This document shows, piece by piece, positions 60,749-64,000 of a stretch of DNA of 64,000 bases. Origin of the DNA: a bacterium. GTDB lineage: Bacteria > Zhuqueibacterota > Zhuqueibacteria > Residuimicrobiales > Krinioviventaceae. Below the pieces are notes generated by a model. It saw nothing but the letters and a program-made list of their open reading frames with translations. It had not been told where the DNA came from and searched no databases. The stretch spans positions 1,792,001-1,856,000 of the forward strand of contig CAXXMD010000003.1 of the NCBI GenBank assembly GCA_963675755.2. Direction: 5' to 3'. Positions within the stretch are counted from its first letter, which is position 1. Each line of letters begins with the position of its first letter. The position numbers and the translations under genes are program-made.

Positions 60749-62155
60749 TTATTTCCAATTACTTCTATAACTGTTGGTTTCAGATAATCCCATTGTCAGG
60801 ATGAATCTAAATCCTTCACTACCGGTGGTTAATGATACTCTTGAAATTTCACTGTGGGACTGGTTTAAGTCAAAACCAATTCCTATAGCATAGGGATTTT
60901 GATGCAGGGTCAAGCTTTTCAATTCCTGCGATACAAGCAGCATGTCATAAAAGACATGTCCTCGAAAATGCTGTGTGAGCGGCCATTGATATTCCAAAGA
61001 CGTGACCATGGAATAATTGTCTGTTCTAAGCAGATGCCGGCTGGAGACACCGCGAAACGCCGGTTGGCGCATATATTCGGAAAAGGGAATGGCAAAATTA
61101 TCGTTTTGGTTATGAACACTGTCGAACAGTATGCGGGGTACAATTAATCGATTGCGCAGGATGACGGGGATGTAAAAGGCGGCATCAAATCCGGTTCTTA
61201 TGAATTGGCTTTGATCCATATTCATTCCTGTAGCGTACCCCCAATACCCCTCTAGTCTTATACCGGGTGTTAACTCTTTAAAGTGCGAGCGGGTATCGAA
61301 ACGGCACGAGAATTCATTATACAGTTGTTCGGTTTCAAGATTGGTTTGATGGATGATGCCGGGTAGCGTTTCCAGATCAAAAACATTCGCCAGGGTATTT
61401 GCATTGTTTGTATCAGGTATTAATAATTTACGTTTTGAATAGAATGCTGTATAAAAGAACTCCCATTTTGACGAGATTTGGGCGCCGGTCACCAGTTGGA
61501 TTTTTGAACGTTCCTGATTAAAAGTACCATAATCTTTGTTGGTGGCTAGAATCGTATTTCGGGAATCCTGTAACGGTTTGTGGCCATAGCCATAAAATTT
61601 CATTTCTTCAATAGCACCGGTTTGTCCTGAGAGATTGATATTATAGAGGATGCCATTTTTCCGAAAGATATAAACAGAACTGATTTTTGCATCCCAATAA
61701 TTCCGGTTTGCGTAATAGGCCCCAATACTGTATTTCATGTTGGAATGTTTGTAGAAAACAGCCGCACCCACTGCCAGCTTGTAATCTGATGAATATTTTA
61801 TTTTGGGATACCAACCCAGCGTTTTATTGTAGAAATAGAGAAAGTTTTCTGCTCTTGAAATAATATTCGATTCTTCAACATAGTTTGCGCCGCTTCCGAA
61901 TGAATACAGTAATCCATCAACGCATATCCGGGGTAGAAACAATGCACCATTTGCAATTTTTCTAAATGTTTCGTCGCCGTCTTTTTTGTCGTATTGCAAG
62001 CCCCGTGTATGTAAATAGATATCCTGAATTGTTTGAACCGAGTCCGGCGTTACTTTTTTTGGAGCTGTTTGGGGCATGCTGGCTTGGGAAAAGAAAAGAG
62101 AGATCAACAGTATCAAGACTGTGTTTTTGGGTAGAATTTTAAAATTCATTTTCAT
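60749..62155 (-). CDS. BamA/TamA (Omp85)-like outer membrane protein
   Basis: Signal peptide, 'RFDTR.....TPG.RLE', 'PF......FRG....L.TDN....SLEYQWPL' and amphipathic strands. Confidence 0.7.
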   Translation of the reverse strand: MKMNFKILPKNTVLILLISLFFSQASMPQTAPKKVTPDSVQTIQDIYLHTRGLQYDKKDGDETFRKIANGALFLPRICVDGLLYSFGSGANYVEESNIISRAENFLYFYNKTLGWYPKIKYSSDYKLAVGAAVFYKHSNMKYSIGAYYANRNYWDAKISSVYIFRKNGILYNINLSGQTGAIEEMKFYGYGHKPLQDSRNTILATNKDYGTFNQERSKIQLVTGAQISSKWEFFYTAFYSKRKLLIPDTNNANTLANVFDLETLPGIIHQTNLETEQLYNEFSCRFDTRSHFKELTPGIRLEGYWGYATGMNMDQSQFIRTGFDAAFYIPVILRNRLIVPRILFDSVHNQNDNFAIPFSEYMRQPAFRGVSSRHLLRTDNYSMVTSLEYQWPLTQHFRGHVFYDMLLVSQELKSLTLHQNPYAIGIGFDLNQSHSEISRVSLTTGSEGFRFILTMGLSETNSYRSNWK

Positions 62156-62424
62156 AATGGACTGCTTTGTAGTAAGTATCACAATTATCAAGGTAGATCA
62201 TAGTGATGGAGTAACAATTACCCTAATTTATTTAATTATTTGTAATAATCAATATATTCCTGATCAACTATTCAGGAGTGTTGATCATTAAACATGAATC
62301 CTTGAGCAAATTATTTCCATGGACTGCAAAACGCATGTTAATTTTAGATGTTTTTGGTTGAATTTTAAGTATTTCTTGCCTATCATTATTAAATCCCTCA
62401 TTTAAAATATCCAGAGGCAGCGAC

Positions 62425-64000
62425 ATGAAATTGAAATCCATTTTCGTTGTAATATCCAGTGCAATTTTTTTATTTTTGAATATGCAATGCGGTCAGGTCA
62501 AGACATTACAGTTTGACCGGTTGTTGTGCGAGTACGCGGAATCTCCCATTGATATGGATCTGAAGCAGCCCCGGGTTTCATGGGTAATGGAAACCACAGA
62601 ACGGGGTCAGGCCCAATCCGCTTTTCAAATCCAATTGGCAACAACAGAAAATTTGATTGTATCCGGCAAACCTGATATGTGGGACACAGGCAGGCTCGAA
62701 TCTTCAAAAACGCTGCATCACACCTATGCCGGTATAGCGCTCGAGAGCAATACCACCTACTATTGGCAAGTAACTGTTTGGGATAAAGATAACAAGTCCA
62801 TAACCAGCGATATTGCTTCTTTTACCACTACCTTGTTGAACGAATCGGACTGGTCCGCAGAATGGATAGGTGCGGGACCGGAAAACGAACCGCGCTCTGA
62901 AAAAGGATTTTTCATGCACCGGGATGAACAGTATACGCTTGAGGATACGGTCGTTCACAATGGTCGCTCTGTTTTACTGCGTAACGAATTGACTTGCGAA
63001 AAAGCAATAGAGACCGCCCGGGTATTTGTAACCGGACTCGGTTTTTATGAATTATATATCAATGGCGACAGAGTGGGTGACAGGGTAATGGCGCCAGCAA
63101 AAACCAATTATCGCAAAGAAGTACTGTATGACACTTATGATGTTACCTCTATGCTGAAAAAAGGTGATAATGCGGTAGGTATGCACCTGGGTAACGGCTG
63201 GTTTAATCCCTACAAAGCGTGGTGGCAGGATTACCGCATGCAGTGGTTTGGTGCAAAACGAGCGCTGCTGCAAATGCATATTCAATATACTGATGGAACT
63301 GATAAAGTATTTGTTACTGATAAAAACTGGAAAACCTCACCCGGTCCCATTACCTTTAACTGTATCTATGATGGAGAGCGTTACGATGCAACACTGGAGC
63401 AACCCGGCTGGGCCGAAACCGGATTTGATGACTCTGCGTGGCAACCCGTTAACCGGGTTGAAGAACCGGGCGGCGAGTTGTTGTCTCATCGCATGCCCCC
63501 CATGCGGGTTGTGGAATCCCGTCAACCTGTCAGGAGCTGGGAGGTCAAACCCGGTGTAATGATGTATGATATGGGACAGAATTTTACCGGCTGGGCTAAA
63601 GTTGCGTTAAAAGGCGAAAAAGGCACAACCATTCAAATCCGTTTTGCGGAAGAAGTTTATGATGACAGCACATTAAATATAACCAGTAACGAGCATGCCG
63701 ATGCGGTTGCCTATTATACGCTCAAAGGTGGCGCCAAAGAGGTTTATGAAACCCGGTTCTCTTATTATGGATTTCAATTTGTAGAAATTACAGCAGAACC
63801 CAAACTGCCGCAGATCGAATCGGTACAGGGACAGGTTGTTCACACGGACAATGAATTGATTGGTTCATTCGAGTGCAGTAACGAGCTCATTAACAAGATC
63901 CATAAGGCAACGGTCTGGTCTCAGCGAAGCAACATGATCGGGTATCCCATGGACTGTCCCCAGCGCGATGAACGGCTCGGCTGGTTTGGCGATGCCCAGG
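62425..64000 (+). CDS. GH78 alpha-L-rhamnosidase, 3'-truncated by the window edge (absent from the ORF track)
   Basis: My translation gives MKLKSIF...LLCEYAESPIDMDLKQPRVSW...YYWQVTVWD...GLGFYEL...DMGQNFTGW...FSYYGFQF...DCPQRDERLGWFGDAQ. Confidence 0.93.
   Translation, partial: MKLKSIFVVISSAIFLFLNMQCGQVKTLQFDRLLCEYAESPIDMDLKQPRVSWVMETTERGQAQSAFQIQLATTENLIVSGKPDMWDTGRLESSKTLHHTYAGIALESNTTYYWQVTVWDKDNKSITSDIASFTTTLLNESDWSAEWIGAGPENEPRSEKGFFMHRDEQYTLEDTVVHNGRSVLLRNELTCEKAIETARVFVTGLGFYELYINGDRVGDRVMAPAKTNYRKEVLYDTYDVTSMLKKGDNAVGMHLGNGWFNPYKAWWQDYRMQWFGAKRALLQMHIQYTDGTDKVFVTDKNWKTSPGPITFNCIYDGERYDATLEQPGWAETGFDDSAWQPVNRVEEPGGELLSHRMPPMRVVESRQPVRSWEVKPGVMMYDMGQNFTGWAKVALKGEKGTTIQIRFAEEVYDDSTLNITSNEHADAVAYYTLKGGAKEVYETRFSYYGFQFVEITAEPKLPQIESVQGQVVHTDNELIGSFECSNELINKIHKATVWSQRSNMIGYPMDCPQRDERLGWFGDAQ

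Overview
Bacterial chromosomal window from an FCB-superphylum-like organism. KSB1 or Calditrichaeota-like is a guess from three secreted proteins with 'NYPNPFN' T9SS/FlgD-type C-terminal domains and the gene repertoire. It holds a surface-polysaccharide gene set (rfbB, a nucleotide-sugar dehydrogenase, wecB, an SLBB export protein), nadE, many glycan-degrading enzymes (GH95-like, GH172, GH92, GH78, a sulfatase), a TonB receptor operon with a tandem-duplicated beta-barrel gene, a serB-serA fusion and a sigma54-driven orphan curlin-like gene. Four elements stand out. (1) A REP-associated HUH tyrosine transposase sits next to two ~570-670 bp direct-repeat REPIN arrays that bracket an AT-rich secreted-protein gene. 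(2) Three intergenic mosaics are built from many shuffled palindrome families with compensatory base changes, including a 240/161/240/160-bp combinatorial array, and a TSD-flanked MITE lies next to one of them. (3) An AT-rich five-gene candidate anti-phage island carries two tandem AbiC-like membrane proteins, a small TM protein, a PD-(D/E)XK nuclease and a GIY-YIG nuclease. (4) A two-gene operon pairs an Omp85-like barrel with a lipoprotein that has intact atypical protein-kinase motifs. I saw no rRNA, tRNA or true CRISPR array. All family calls come from motif recognition by eye, without database searches.
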